Assembly (NCBI GenBank): GCA_026014705.1
Contig: JAOZHU010000008.1
Location: 17,833 to 81,832, forward strand
DNA: 64,000 nucleotides
Direction: 5' to 3'
Origin: Candidatus Bathyarchaeota archaeon
GTDB lineage: Archaea > Thermoproteota > Bathyarchaeia > Bathyarchaeales > Bathycorpusculaceae
Shown piece by piece: positions 38,267-47,811 of the stretch. The notes below the pieces were generated by a model that was not told the DNA's origin, searched no databases, and worked only from the letters and a program-made list of their open reading frames with translations. The position numbers and the translations under genes are program-made. How positions within the stretch are numbered: position 1 is the stretch's first letter; each line of letters begins with the position of its first letter.

Positions 38267-39853
38267 ATGAACCAAAAAACTGCTCTCTGCTTCACCATCG
38301 CAATTGCACTTTTACTCTGTATTCTCAGTGTTTATAATGTCCAGCAAGCAACAGGCTGCTATGGTCCGCACATAACTGGAGAAATAAACAAAACGGAATT
38401 CACCCTAAACGAGAACGCTACAGTAACAGGCGAAATCTGCCCCGCAGAAGCCAACATCACCGTGCGCATAACGTTCACCAGACCAGACTACACATGGATA
38501 GACCACATTGTGCAAACCGACAGCCAAGGCAGATTTAACGTCACTCAAAAACTCGACATGGTCGGCTACTGGAACATATTCCCGATTTACGGGCACATAT
38601 GCGACAGACTGCACGCAACCGTGGTTGACCCCGCAGAGCCTTCGGCGTCATCGCCCATGGTCAAGCTGCCACCCTACAAACCCAACTTTTCACTCATAAC
38701 CGTAGCTGCCATCGCCCTAAGCGTCGGCGTAGTAGCTGCCACAACGGGGACAAAAAACAAAACCCGCAAAATCAGCTCCTTCAGGCTGCTCGTGCAAATA
38801 GCCTTCGTCTTCATCCTCTTCGCAGGCGTATTCATCGACCACTTCAATCTGCCCGTGCCCGCTGAACAAATCGCACCCCACGAGTTACTCGTCGGTGCAA
38901 CCGAGTTCGGCGAAGCCATGCCAGATGGTCTGCCGCTTCCAGTTTTCGCGTGCTACTACCCATGCGGCAGAACTTTTCTCTGTCCACTTTGGCCGATACA
39001 AACGTACATTTACCCATTCGCGGATGCTGGTCGAGGGTGGGGTGTGAACTACGCCATTTCAGGTTTGGAACGCTTAGCCATAGTGTTCGGCGGCGTAATC
39101 CTACTATCAATCCTTCTGGGAAAGTTTTTCTGCGGTTGGATTTGCCCCTTTGGCTTGTATATGGATTTAATCACTCGCTTAAGGAAAGCTTTCAAAATCA
39201 AGCATAAACTTTTCTCCGATGGCTTTAACGCCAAATTCCATCAACTCGGCTACGTGATTTTGGCTCTCCTCATAATCTTAAGCGTCATCTTCGGCTCGCA
39301 AGCAATCGTAGGCGCCCAACTGGTTCCGGGAACCGAACAAGGCGGCTTTGTCTACAATTATTTTTCAGCGCCGTTCTGCCAAGTTTGTCCCATGAAGCCC
39401 CTGTGCATATTGCTGCAGACTTCCGTGGGGCTGATGCGCCCAGAATGGATAGTGGAAAACACCGCAGGCACGTTTTTCGAGTTGGGCTATTACATTACTT
39501 CGCTGAACCTCTTCATCCTCGGCTTAGTCACCGTAGCCGCCTTCTTCTACAGGCGAGTATGGTGCAGAATATGCCCCCTCGGCGCCTTAATTGCCTTGTT
39601 CAACCGTTTTCCACCCTTCAAATGGATATCAGTGCTCCGTCTGGAAAAGAACGAGGAGAAATGCACCAAATGCGGCGTCTGCAAAAGAGTCTGCCCCACA
39701 CAGGTGACCGAAGTCTACGAGCAAAAAGGCGGAGACGTAACCACATCGCATTGTCTGCTGTGCTTGCGCTGCGTTGAAATGTGCCCCTACGAAGACGCAT
39801 TAAGCTTAAAAGCCGCGGGAAAAACAGTGGTGAAATCACGAAACTGGCTGTAG
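38267..39853 (+). CDS. NapH/NosR/MauN-type membrane polyferredoxin with N-terminal extracellular Ig-like domain
   Basis: 528 aa. CxxxCP motifs FFCGWICPFG and VWCRICPLG, plus two 4Fe-4S motifs CTKCGVCKRVCP and CLLCLRCVEMCP. Confidence 0.7.
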   Translation: MNQKTALCFTIAIALLLCILSVYNVQQATGCYGPHITGEINKTEFTLNENATVTGEICPAEANITVRITFTRPDYTWIDHIVQTDSQGRFNVTQKLDMVGYWNIFPIYGHICDRLHATVVDPAEPSASSPMVKLPPYKPNFSLITVAAIALSVGVVAATTGTKNKTRKISSFRLLVQIAFVFILFAGVFIDHFNLPVPAEQIAPHELLVGATEFGEAMPDGLPLPVFACYYPCGRTFLCPLWPIQTYIYPFADAGRGWGVNYAISGLERLAIVFGGVILLSILLGKFFCGWICPFGLYMDLITRLRKAFKIKHKLFSDGFNAKFHQLGYVILALLIILSVIFGSQAIVGAQLVPGTEQGGFVYNYFSAPFCQVCPMKPLCILLQTSVGLMRPEWIVENTAGTFFELGYYITSLNLFILGLVTVAAFFYRRVWCRICPLGALIALFNRFPPFKWISVLRLEKNEEKCTKCGVCKRVCPTQVTEVYEQKGGDVTTSHCLLCLRCVEMCPYEDALSLKAAGKTVVKSRNWL

Positions 39854-39911
39854 CCGCATCACAACAGCGGACGCAGCACAGCGCTATGTTTCAGGCGGAG
39901 AACGCAATCAC

Positions 39912-40757
39912 ATGTTCCATGTGGAAAAAATGAAAAGAAGCGACTTCCAATTCGCAGTTCAACTGGCAAATACAATGCAGTGGAACATGACAACAGAAGA
40001 CTTCAAGTTCATGAAAAACCTTGAGCCTGAAGGCTGTTTCACTCTTTTTTACGGCTCCGAACCCGTAGGCATCGCCACCTGCATCAGCTTCGACAAAGCA
40101 GGCTGGTTCGGCAACCTCATAGTCAAAGACGCTTACCGAGGACAAGGCGCAGGAACCCTCTTAGTCAACCATGCACTTAACTACCTGAAACGTGCATGCG
40201 TGGAGACTGTTGGACTCTACGCCTTCCCGCCTTTAGCAGGCTTCTACGAGCAGTTCGGCTTCAAACCTGACATGGATTTTCTGGTTCTCAAAGGCAAAAC
40301 TGCCTCACCCGCAACAGCTGGAACGCTGCAACCGCGAAAAGCAACAAAACAAGATTTCCCTGCAGTAATCGCCTTTGACGCGCAATGCTTCGGCGCACAG
40401 CGGAAAAAACTGCTGGAACCTCTGCTGTCTGGCGAAGGCAACCTGTGCTATATAGCAATCAGCGACCATGAAATCACGGGGTACTGCGCAGCAAAAGCTT
40501 ATGAGGAAACAGTTGAAGTTGGACCCTTAATGTGCCCTAAAAACCGTGTTGAAACCACCATCGCTCTTCTCAGAAGCGTCCTCAGCAAGTTGCCTAACCG
40601 CCCCGTTTTCGCTTGCGCCCCTGCCGAAGAAACCATCCTTCTCGAAACCTTGATCCAGATGGGATTGCAGGAAGACTTCCGCGTGACAAGAATGTTTTTA
40701 GGACCCGCTGTTGCTAAGGGCTGCACATACATGGCGGAGTCTCTGGAAAGAGGATGA
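39912..40757 (+). CDS. GNAT-family N-acetyltransferase (two-domain)
   Basis: LIVKDAYRGQGAGTLLV is the acetyl-CoA-binding motif A (R/Q-x-x-G-x-G/A). Confidence 0.7.
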   Translation: MFHVEKMKRSDFQFAVQLANTMQWNMTTEDFKFMKNLEPEGCFTLFYGSEPVGIATCISFDKAGWFGNLIVKDAYRGQGAGTLLVNHALNYLKRACVETVGLYAFPPLAGFYEQFGFKPDMDFLVLKGKTASPATAGTLQPRKATKQDFPAVIAFDAQCFGAQRKKLLEPLLSGEGNLCYIAISDHEITGYCAAKAYEETVEVGPLMCPKNRVETTIALLRSVLSKLPNRPVFACAPAEETILLETLIQMGLQEDFRVTRMFLGPAVAKGCTYMAESLERG

Positions 40758-40763
40758 TGCGTA

Positions 40764-42128
40764 GTGGCTGATGACTTGTGCCGCTTGCTTGTGGAGGGCT
40801 TCCTTGAAAGCTCATGGCCCTGCGTAGAAGCATTAGTGGCTAAGCTTGCCGTATTCAAAGCGGAAGAAAACCGACCAAGAGTCACACTGTTCCAGTTCAA
40901 AAACGGCAAGCGCGTTGACTCAACCTTCAACGGAAACCACTTCTTCCTCAGAGGCTCAGTTGAATACTCAAACCCGCAGTTAACAGTGGAAGAAGCCCAA
41001 GGAGTCATCGGCACCCGACTGCTGGCAACCTGCGGCAACTACTTCAGCGTTTACGGCTTGCACAAACCAGAAGCCAACGACATCGCCCAAATATGCGAAG
41101 CACTGCAAAAACCGCCCGAAGGGCGAATCGTGCCGTTCCTGCTGAACACGGATGACGTGGAGCCCGACCGTTATTCAATGAACCCGCTGAAATCGTCCAT
41201 CGCAACCAGCGGCCAAGGCGCTTTCCCAGCAGCCTACGTCAAAACCGACAGTCTCGCATTGGATTCGCAGTTTGTGGCAAGGTACGAGGGCAAACTGGTA
41301 ACCAGAAACGAAGCTGAACTCGTGAGCCGCTGCTTGGAAAACGCTGCGGGCTCGTACGTGGATTTTGTGGACGCCGTGAAATACGCGCAGCTTACGCAGC
41401 TTTCCGAAGTGTTCAGCATGGACTTGACGCTTCACGCGTTGCGCCTGCCCTTAGCAACGCTGCAATCCGAGACACACGATGGCTTGCTTCACCACGTTAT
41501 CAGCGAAGCGCATAGAAACTACGACGCAGTTAAGCAAGCGTACGACTGCATGGGCAGAAGCATGACTAAGCGGACAACGCTGTTGACTGTGCCGCACTCG
41601 CCGAAAGGCTACGGCTCCAAACGCGCAGCACGAGGCAGGATTCACTTTGACGGAAACAAGTTGACAAGCGTAAGCGTTACGTATCAGACAACTCGGCTTT
41701 ACCCGAACGATATCGACCCAGAAGACATTAGCGTTGCCCAAGCCAAAGACAACTTCACAGTAAGAGGCGAAGCGCTTGCTGACTACCGCTTCGCTGAGAC
41801 GCCGTCGTCGCCGCAGTTTTTCCTTTACTCGCTGGCTTCGCCTGAAAACGCTGCGCTGTGGCACGGTATCGGTGCTTTTGGTTCGCTGCAGCTTCTGCAG
41901 AGTTATGCAGCCGCGCGCGCTGCTTGCAGCAGAGGCGAACTGGTCAGGGATTTAACTGAGCGATTTGGCGTAAGCACCGAGGTGCCGTTACAGTTTAATC
42001 TTGCGCCCGAGTGCATGTGGGTTCACCCTGTGCACCGCAACATAGATGCGAGCATAGGCTGCGTGGAGAATCTTGCTGATTTAGCGCGGATGGGCATGAA
42101 ACTCGAGTATCTCTCAGCCTTCAGTTAG
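40764..42128 (+). CDS. hypothetical 454-aa protein, no recognised domain
   Basis: GTG start 4 nt after the GNAT stop. Long uninterrupted ORF with coding-like composition. Confidence 0.5.
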   Translation: MADDLCRLLVEGFLESSWPCVEALVAKLAVFKAEENRPRVTLFQFKNGKRVDSTFNGNHFFLRGSVEYSNPQLTVEEAQGVIGTRLLATCGNYFSVYGLHKPEANDIAQICEALQKPPEGRIVPFLLNTDDVEPDRYSMNPLKSSIATSGQGAFPAAYVKTDSLALDSQFVARYEGKLVTRNEAELVSRCLENAAGSYVDFVDAVKYAQLTQLSEVFSMDLTLHALRLPLATLQSETHDGLLHHVISEAHRNYDAVKQAYDCMGRSMTKRTTLLTVPHSPKGYGSKRAARGRIHFDGNKLTSVSVTYQTTRLYPNDIDPEDISVAQAKDNFTVRGEALADYRFAETPSSPQFFLYSLASPENAALWHGIGAFGSLQLLQSYAAARAACSRGELVRDLTERFGVSTEVPLQFNLAPECMWVHPVHRNIDASIGCVENLADLARMGMKLEYLSAFS

Positions 42129-42143
42129 GAGCGGGTGTGAGAC

Positions 42144-42674
42144 ATGGAGTGGCTGGAGGATATTGTTTTCAGTGTTTACCGCTTGTTGAGGCGGCTACGG
42201 TTGCGAGGACTACTACGGCTGGGGGCTTCAACCCGCAGGTTCACTGATGTCTTCAAGGGGTTCGAAAAAGTTGAAGCAGTGAAACGCATTTTCGGCGAAG
42301 AAACCGAGAAGGTTCTCCGCAACCTCAAAGTTGAGTTCATAGCGTTTGGCGGTTACATGGGCGTTGACGATGTGACGGGGCACTTGCTGGTTAATCCACG
42401 TTACCTGAAAAGCGGCGACAGAGTGGACATTTACTTGGACATTATCCACGAGCTTTATCATATCAAACAGTTCATGGAAGGCAAGGAACTTTTTGACAAC
42501 CGCTTTGAATACGTGGATAGACCAACTGAAATTGAGGCTTACAGCTACACGGTGCAGGAAGCGCGGCGGCTCGGACTAAGTGACGAGAGAATCTGTGAGT
42601 ATTTGAAAACTGAGTGGATGAGCGAACGCGATTTCAAACGGCTGGCGAAAGCAGTCAATGTTTCATGCTGTTAA
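42144..42674 (+). CDS. putative HExxH zinc metallopeptidase-like protein
   Basis: IIHELYHIKQ followed about 25 aa later by EIEAY, a gluzincin-like spacing. Confidence 0.45.
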   Translation: MEWLEDIVFSVYRLLRRLRLRGLLRLGASTRRFTDVFKGFEKVEAVKRIFGEETEKVLRNLKVEFIAFGGYMGVDDVTGHLLVNPRYLKSGDRVDIYLDIIHELYHIKQFMEGKELFDNRFEYVDRPTEIEAYSYTVQEARRLGLSDERICEYLKTEWMSERDFKRLAKAVNVSCC

Positions 42675-43859
42675 CTCCAGCGCTTCACGGTAAACCGCCA
42701 GCATCCTCTCAGCGCACACGTTCCACGTGAAATTATCCATGACGAACCTGCGCCCATTAGCGCCCATCTTTTCACGCAGCCGTCCATCCTGCAGCAACCG
42801 CAGCAAAGCATCAGCTAACTCGTCGCTGCTGCCGCGTTTAACAAGCAACCCTGTTTCGCCGTTAACCATGGCTTCGTTTACGCCGCCCACATCAAAGGCA
42901 ACAACTGGCTTCGCTGTTGCCTGCGCCTCCAGCAGCACGATGCCCTGTCCTTCCTGAATGGACGGCAAAGCAAACACGTCGGCGCAGTTATAAACCGCTG
43001 TAAGCGCTTCTTCAGTTAACCCGCTCAAAAACGTGAAGTTGCCTAAGAGGCTGGCTTCATTTAGGCTTGTTGTTAACTGACTTTTCAGTGGTCCAGAGCC
43101 GACAATTACAAAGTGCGTGCTTGCTTCTTGTTTGACTATTTTTTTCGCAGCTTTGATGAGGAATGGTAAGCCTTTGCGCGGGATTAAGCTGCCTACGAAG
43201 AGCACGACGGGCTTGTTGTCTAACTTGAACTGTCGTTTCGCCGCTGCTGGGTCGTGGGTGGGTTTGAATTTTTCTGGGTCAACTCCGTTTGGGATGATGC
43301 GCACTTTCGCTGTGTCAACTTGGTAGTGTTTCTGTATTTTCTCCAGTGAATGCTTGCTTATTGTGGCTACGAGCGTCGCGTTTTTGGCTGTTTCCTCTTC
43401 CAGTTTGGCAAGCCTACGCATAAAGCGGTTGGCAAGGTTGTCCCTCAATGTTTGTTGTCTGTTCTTTTTAGCTTGTTCGTATTCATCAGCGAGGACGCCG
43501 TGAACCACATGTACGAACGGCTTGTTGCTGCCCTGTTTCTTTAGCGCCTTTAGGAATCCGTAGCCGCTTGAAAGGTGCGCTTCATAGACATCTGCGTGTA
43601 GCTCGCTGGTTTTCTTGGAGAGGCTTCTGTTAAAAGACCAATTGTCTAAAGGGAAGAGTTTATCTGTTGAACGGCATGGAACATAGTTTACTCCGTTGAT
43701 TACTGTTGGCTGTTTGAAGCCTGCTTTGGTGCCGCTGTAAACTGTGATGTCTGCTTGCTGGCTAAGTCGCTTCGTGATTTCGGTTATGCGCCGCTCTACG
43801 CCTCCAAAGTACAAGTGCGGCGGCTGCGTGTTGAACACGGCTAAACGAAACTTTCCCAT
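42663..43859 (-). CDS. family 4 (GT-B) glycosyltransferase
   Basis: 398 aa. The C-terminal FALPSIQEGQGIVLLEAQATAKPVVA is the EX7E Glycos_transf_1 motif. Confidence 0.8.
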   Translation of the reverse strand: MGKFRLAVFNTQPPHLYFGGVERRITEITKRLSQQADITVYSGTKAGFKQPTVINGVNYVPCRSTDKLFPLDNWSFNRSLSKKTSELHADVYEAHLSSGYGFLKALKKQGSNKPFVHVVHGVLADEYEQAKKNRQQTLRDNLANRFMRRLAKLEEETAKNATLVATISKHSLEKIQKHYQVDTAKVRIIPNGVDPEKFKPTHDPAAAKRQFKLDNKPVVLFVGSLIPRKGLPFLIKAAKKIVKQEASTHFVIVGSGPLKSQLTTSLNEASLLGNFTFLSGLTEEALTAVYNCADVFALPSIQEGQGIVLLEAQATAKPVVAFDVGGVNEAMVNGETGLLVKRGSSDELADALLRLLQDGRLREKMGANGRRFVMDNFTWNVCAERMLAVYREALELTA

Positions 43860-43946
43860 AGACGCACTGCTCTTTGGTTATCTTCTAGAGACGCTAATGC
43901 TTTTATATACTATCGTCTTGTAATTGCGGATATACTGGGATGCAAG

Positions 43947-46900
43947 GTGACTGCCAAACCGAACGCTGATTCAAGTTTAAGCCTTACGCCAGATTACCGT
44001 CCGCTTGAGCTGGAAAAGGAAATTCGCGAGTTCTGGGAAACCAGCCGAATCCGCGAGAAACTGGAACTCAAAGAAAAAAACTGCAAGGGCATCTTGGGCT
44101 ACGTGGAAGGACCGCCTACCCTGAACGGCATTCCACATATCGGTCACGCCAGAGGACGCGTGATGAAAGACATCCGCTACCGCTGGAAGACCATGCAGGG
44201 TTACTACGTGCCTTTCTGGGCAGGCTGGGACTGCCAAGGCTTACCCGTGGAGTTGGAAGTGGAAAAGCTTCTGGGCGTGAAGAACAAGCGGGAACTCGTG
44301 GAGCGCGTAGGAGAAGAACGCTTCATTGAAGAATGCAAAAAAGTCATCATGCGCTACCACCGCGAATGGGTGGAAGCCGACAAGCGATTGGGCATAGCGA
44401 TAAACCAAGAAAAAGCGTACTGGACCTACCGTGACGAGTACATAGAACGCGAATGGCAAATACTCAAGCGCGCTTGGGAACAGAACCTGCTGGAAGAAGG
44501 CTACTACGTGGTGGCGTACTGCCCCGGATGCCAAACATCCTTGAGTAGCGCTGAAGTGGGATACGAAGGCTCCTATAAGGAAGTGGAAGACCCCTCACTT
44601 TACTTTAAGTTTAGAGTGGCAGATGAGCCGAACGAGTTTTTCCTCGTGTGGACCACCATGCCGTTCACGATTATAACCGACACCATGCTTGCCGTGCATC
44701 CTGAAGCGGAGTACGCTAAAGTGCGAGTTGGCGACGAAACTTGGATTATGGCGCGGCAACGCGTGGAACCCGTCATGCAGGAACTCGGCATCGCAAAATA
44801 CGAAATCGCCGCGGTAGTAACGGGCAAAAGCCTCGAAGGCGCAAAATACGATTACCCGCTTAAAGACATAATCCCGAAGCAGGTTGAGCTTGAAGGAAAA
44901 CATGCGCTTGTGCACAGGGTCATAGGCGAAGACTTCGTGGACCTGAACACTGCCACAGGCGTTGTGCATCTGTCGCCCGGCAACGGTGAAGAAGACTTCT
45001 GGGCTGCACATAAACGCGGCGTGCCAATCTTCGCGCCTTTTGACGATGAGGTCAAATTCACCAAAGACGGAGGCATATTTAACGGCGTCTTCGCAAGAGA
45101 CGCGGACATGCTGGTGGTTGAGGAACTGCGCAGCAGAAACGCCTTCGTGAAAGTTAGCAAAGTCAAACACGAGTACCCCACGTGCTGGCGGTCGCATCAC
45201 AAACTGGTTTGGTTGGCAAGAAAAGAGTATTTCCTGCGAACCGACAGGATAAACAGCAAGGTGCTTGAAGCCGCCGAGAAAACCACCTACTACTTTGACG
45301 AGCCCAAAAACCGTTTCGTGGCTTTCCTGAAAGAAGGCAAACCATGGTGCATCTCACGCGAACGCGTTTGGGGTACGCCTTTGCCCATTTGGGCATGCGA
45401 CAATTGTGGGCAAAAACGGGTTGTAGCCAGCCAAAAAGAACTCGCAGCCGACGCGCTGGAGCAAGTGCCTGCGAACTTCGAGTTGCATAAGCCGTGGGTT
45501 GACCGCGTAACGCTAAAGTGCACCAAATGCAGCGGCACAATGCACCGTGAAGATTATGTTTTGGACACGTGGCACAACAGCGGCGCCTCGCCGTACGCAA
45601 GGTTTACAGATGAGGAAGTGGCAAGATTCGTGCCCACCGACTTCTTAACCGAAGGTATAGACCAGACTCGCGGGTGGGCTAACTCGTTGTTGCTGGAGCA
45701 CGTGATATTAACGGGCAAGCCCGAGAGTCCTTACCGCGCTTTCCTGTTCCAAGGGTTAACACAGGACGCGAAAGGCAGAAAAATGAGCAAAAGCTTAGGT
45801 AATGTAGTAGAGACAAACAAGCTTCTGGATAAGTACTCAGCGGACTTGTGCAGGTTCTACATGATGCGGAAGTGCGCGCCGATAGACTTCATGAACTTTG
45901 ACCTGCAGGAGCTTAACCGCCGTTCTTACCAAGTGTTGTCTACACTGTATCATCTGAGCAGGTTCTTCCTGCAGAACGCCGAGTTCGACGGATTTAAGCC
46001 ATCAAGAAAACAGCGGTTTACAGGCAGAACGCTGGACACGTTGCAGCCTCCAGACCAGTGGCTGCTCTCGAAACTGCAATCAGCTATCAAAGAATACACT
46101 GCTAAGCTGGAAATTTGCCAGTTCAACGCTGCCCTCGCAATCTTGGAGGATTTCGTCATAGACACACTAAGCCGGCTCTACGTGCCGATGATACGGAAAG
46201 AACTCTGGACTGACGACCCTGAAACCCGAGAAAGACGACTTGCAATATACGCCATACTGCATTACACGTTGAAGACGATTACTCTGCTTTTCAACCCTGT
46301 TACGCCTTACCTGAGCGAAGCACTTCACCAGAAGGTCTACAGAAAACTCGACCCAACGCTGCCTGAATCCGTGAACTTCGAACAGTGGCCTGAACCAGAA
46401 GAAAAAATGCGAAACGAAACCGTGGAGCAGCAATTCGACACCTTGTTCAAATGCGTTTCCTTAGCTTACGCCGCCAGGCAACAAGCAAAACTCAAGCGAA
46501 GATGGCCACTCAGCAAAATAATTGTCGCCGCGCCAGCAAACGTCGTTAACGCCCTAAAAAACGTGGAATCGTTATTCTTGGAGCTAACAAACGTTAAAGC
46601 CGCAGAATACGCCCCGCAAGTTCCAGATTACGTCGCAGGAGAAAACTGGGCATCCGCCTCAGAAAACGAAATACATGTGTTCGTAAGTGGACACCGCGAC
46701 GAAAAACTGTTAGGCGAGGGTCTCATGCGGGACCTAGCACGCCGAGTTCAAGCATTGCGAAAGGAACGCGGCTACGTGCCCACAGACATTCTAGATGCCG
46801 TCCACATTGCCGAGCTTGACGGGGAAAGCACAGGGCTACTGGAGCCATACTTGAAGGAGATGGCGGAGCTAGTTCGCGCCAAAAAAGTGTACTTGCACTC

Positions 46901-46976
46901 GAGCCGCAGCGAAGTTGAAGCCGACTGGTGCGAGTACCAAGTGGACGACAAGAAAATCTACATAACAATCCACTGA
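43947..46976 (+). CDS. ileS: isoleucyl-tRNA synthetase
   Basis: 1009 aa. PPTLNGIPHIGHARG (HIGH), GWDCQGLPVE and KMSKSLGNVV. Size and motifs fit archaeal IleRS. Confidence 0.85.
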   Translation: MTAKPNADSSLSLTPDYRPLELEKEIREFWETSRIREKLELKEKNCKGILGYVEGPPTLNGIPHIGHARGRVMKDIRYRWKTMQGYYVPFWAGWDCQGLPVELEVEKLLGVKNKRELVERVGEERFIEECKKVIMRYHREWVEADKRLGIAINQEKAYWTYRDEYIEREWQILKRAWEQNLLEEGYYVVAYCPGCQTSLSSAEVGYEGSYKEVEDPSLYFKFRVADEPNEFFLVWTTMPFTIITDTMLAVHPEAEYAKVRVGDETWIMARQRVEPVMQELGIAKYEIAAVVTGKSLEGAKYDYPLKDIIPKQVELEGKHALVHRVIGEDFVDLNTATGVVHLSPGNGEEDFWAAHKRGVPIFAPFDDEVKFTKDGGIFNGVFARDADMLVVEELRSRNAFVKVSKVKHEYPTCWRSHHKLVWLARKEYFLRTDRINSKVLEAAEKTTYYFDEPKNRFVAFLKEGKPWCISRERVWGTPLPIWACDNCGQKRVVASQKELAADALEQVPANFELHKPWVDRVTLKCTKCSGTMHREDYVLDTWHNSGASPYARFTDEEVARFVPTDFLTEGIDQTRGWANSLLLEHVILTGKPESPYRAFLFQGLTQDAKGRKMSKSLGNVVETNKLLDKYSADLCRFYMMRKCAPIDFMNFDLQELNRRSYQVLSTLYHLSRFFLQNAEFDGFKPSRKQRFTGRTLDTLQPPDQWLLSKLQSAIKEYTAKLEICQFNAALAILEDFVIDTLSRLYVPMIRKELWTDDPETRERRLAIYAILHYTLKTITLLFNPVTPYLSEALHQKVYRKLDPTLPESVNFEQWPEPEEKMRNETVEQQFDTLFKCVSLAYAARQQAKLKRRWPLSKIIVAAPANVVNALKNVESLFLELTNVKAAEYAPQVPDYVAGENWASASENEIHVFVSGHRDEKLLGEGLMRDLARRVQALRKERGYVPTDILDAVHIAELDGESTGLLEPYLKEMAELVRAKKVYLHSSRSEVEADWCEYQVDDKKIYITIH

Positions 46977-47053
46977 CGCATCAGCGGCACGAAGATATTC
47001 GGCATTCACCATAGGCGACTGAAGAATAAAAAAATGGGAGAATTTTCGGTTTA

Positions 47054-47611
47054 CTAATACGCAGTTGGCGGGGGAGGCGGAGGCGGATAAGCTGCGGCTT
47101 CTGCCGGCTTCTTCATCGATGCAACAAACATCAGTATTGCCGCAACCAAGGCAATCCAGAAACCAAACGACAGATACGCCGAGTAATTCACAGTTGTTCC
47201 CTCGTAGTCCATGGAACCACCGCCGAACAGTCCTACTGCTGGCAAGTCCTCTGCTGGCGGTGAACTTGAAAGTTCAAGCTGCAGTCCCACCGCGAAAATT
47301 ATGATTGCGAGTAACGCAAGCACTCCGCCGATGGCAACTAGTTTCGCCTTATTGATTTTCACGCTGGCTATGATGCATATCACTCCAGCAGTCAGCACTA
47401 GTGCAAGGGCGACATAGCCATACCAGATTCCTAAGTCTGCGGCTTCTGACATCCCTAACCCTGATACAGTTGCTTGGTACGGATACACTGAGAAGTCCAT
47501 TGAGAAGCCCATGCCCATTATCGAACTAGAAATCGACAGTGCCCACCATGGTAACGCTAAGCTGACGAACGCCAGTATGCCTCCAATAACGCCGATAATA
47601 TTCAGTTTCAA
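47054..47611 (-). CDS. integral membrane protein with C-terminal poly-proline tail
   Basis: 185 aa with about 5 TM helices. Ends KKPAEAAAYPPPPPPPTAY. Confidence 0.5.
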   Translation of the reverse strand: MKLNIIGVIGGILAFVSLALPWWALSISSSIMGMGFSMDFSVYPYQATVSGLGMSEAADLGIWYGYVALALVLTAGVICIIASVKINKAKLVAIGGVLALLAIIIFAVGLQLELSSSPPAEDLPAVGLFGGGSMDYEGTTVNYSAYLSFGFWIALVAAILMFVASMKKPAEAAAYPPPPPPPTAY

Positions 47612-47811
47612 AGGGTCATTCTCCTCGCATTCATGTTATTCGGTTAGCTTATAAGACTTCTTACCGAAATGAACCTATTACTGGTACATATTGTCAATCA
47701 CATGCCGGCGCGGTTCTGAAACTTAAACTAATGTAAACCTAATCGACGCTTTCCTGCGAAAAAGCAAAAAAAGGGAGTTTGGCTCTCTTTGAAGCACCAA
47801 ACAAGCAGTCT

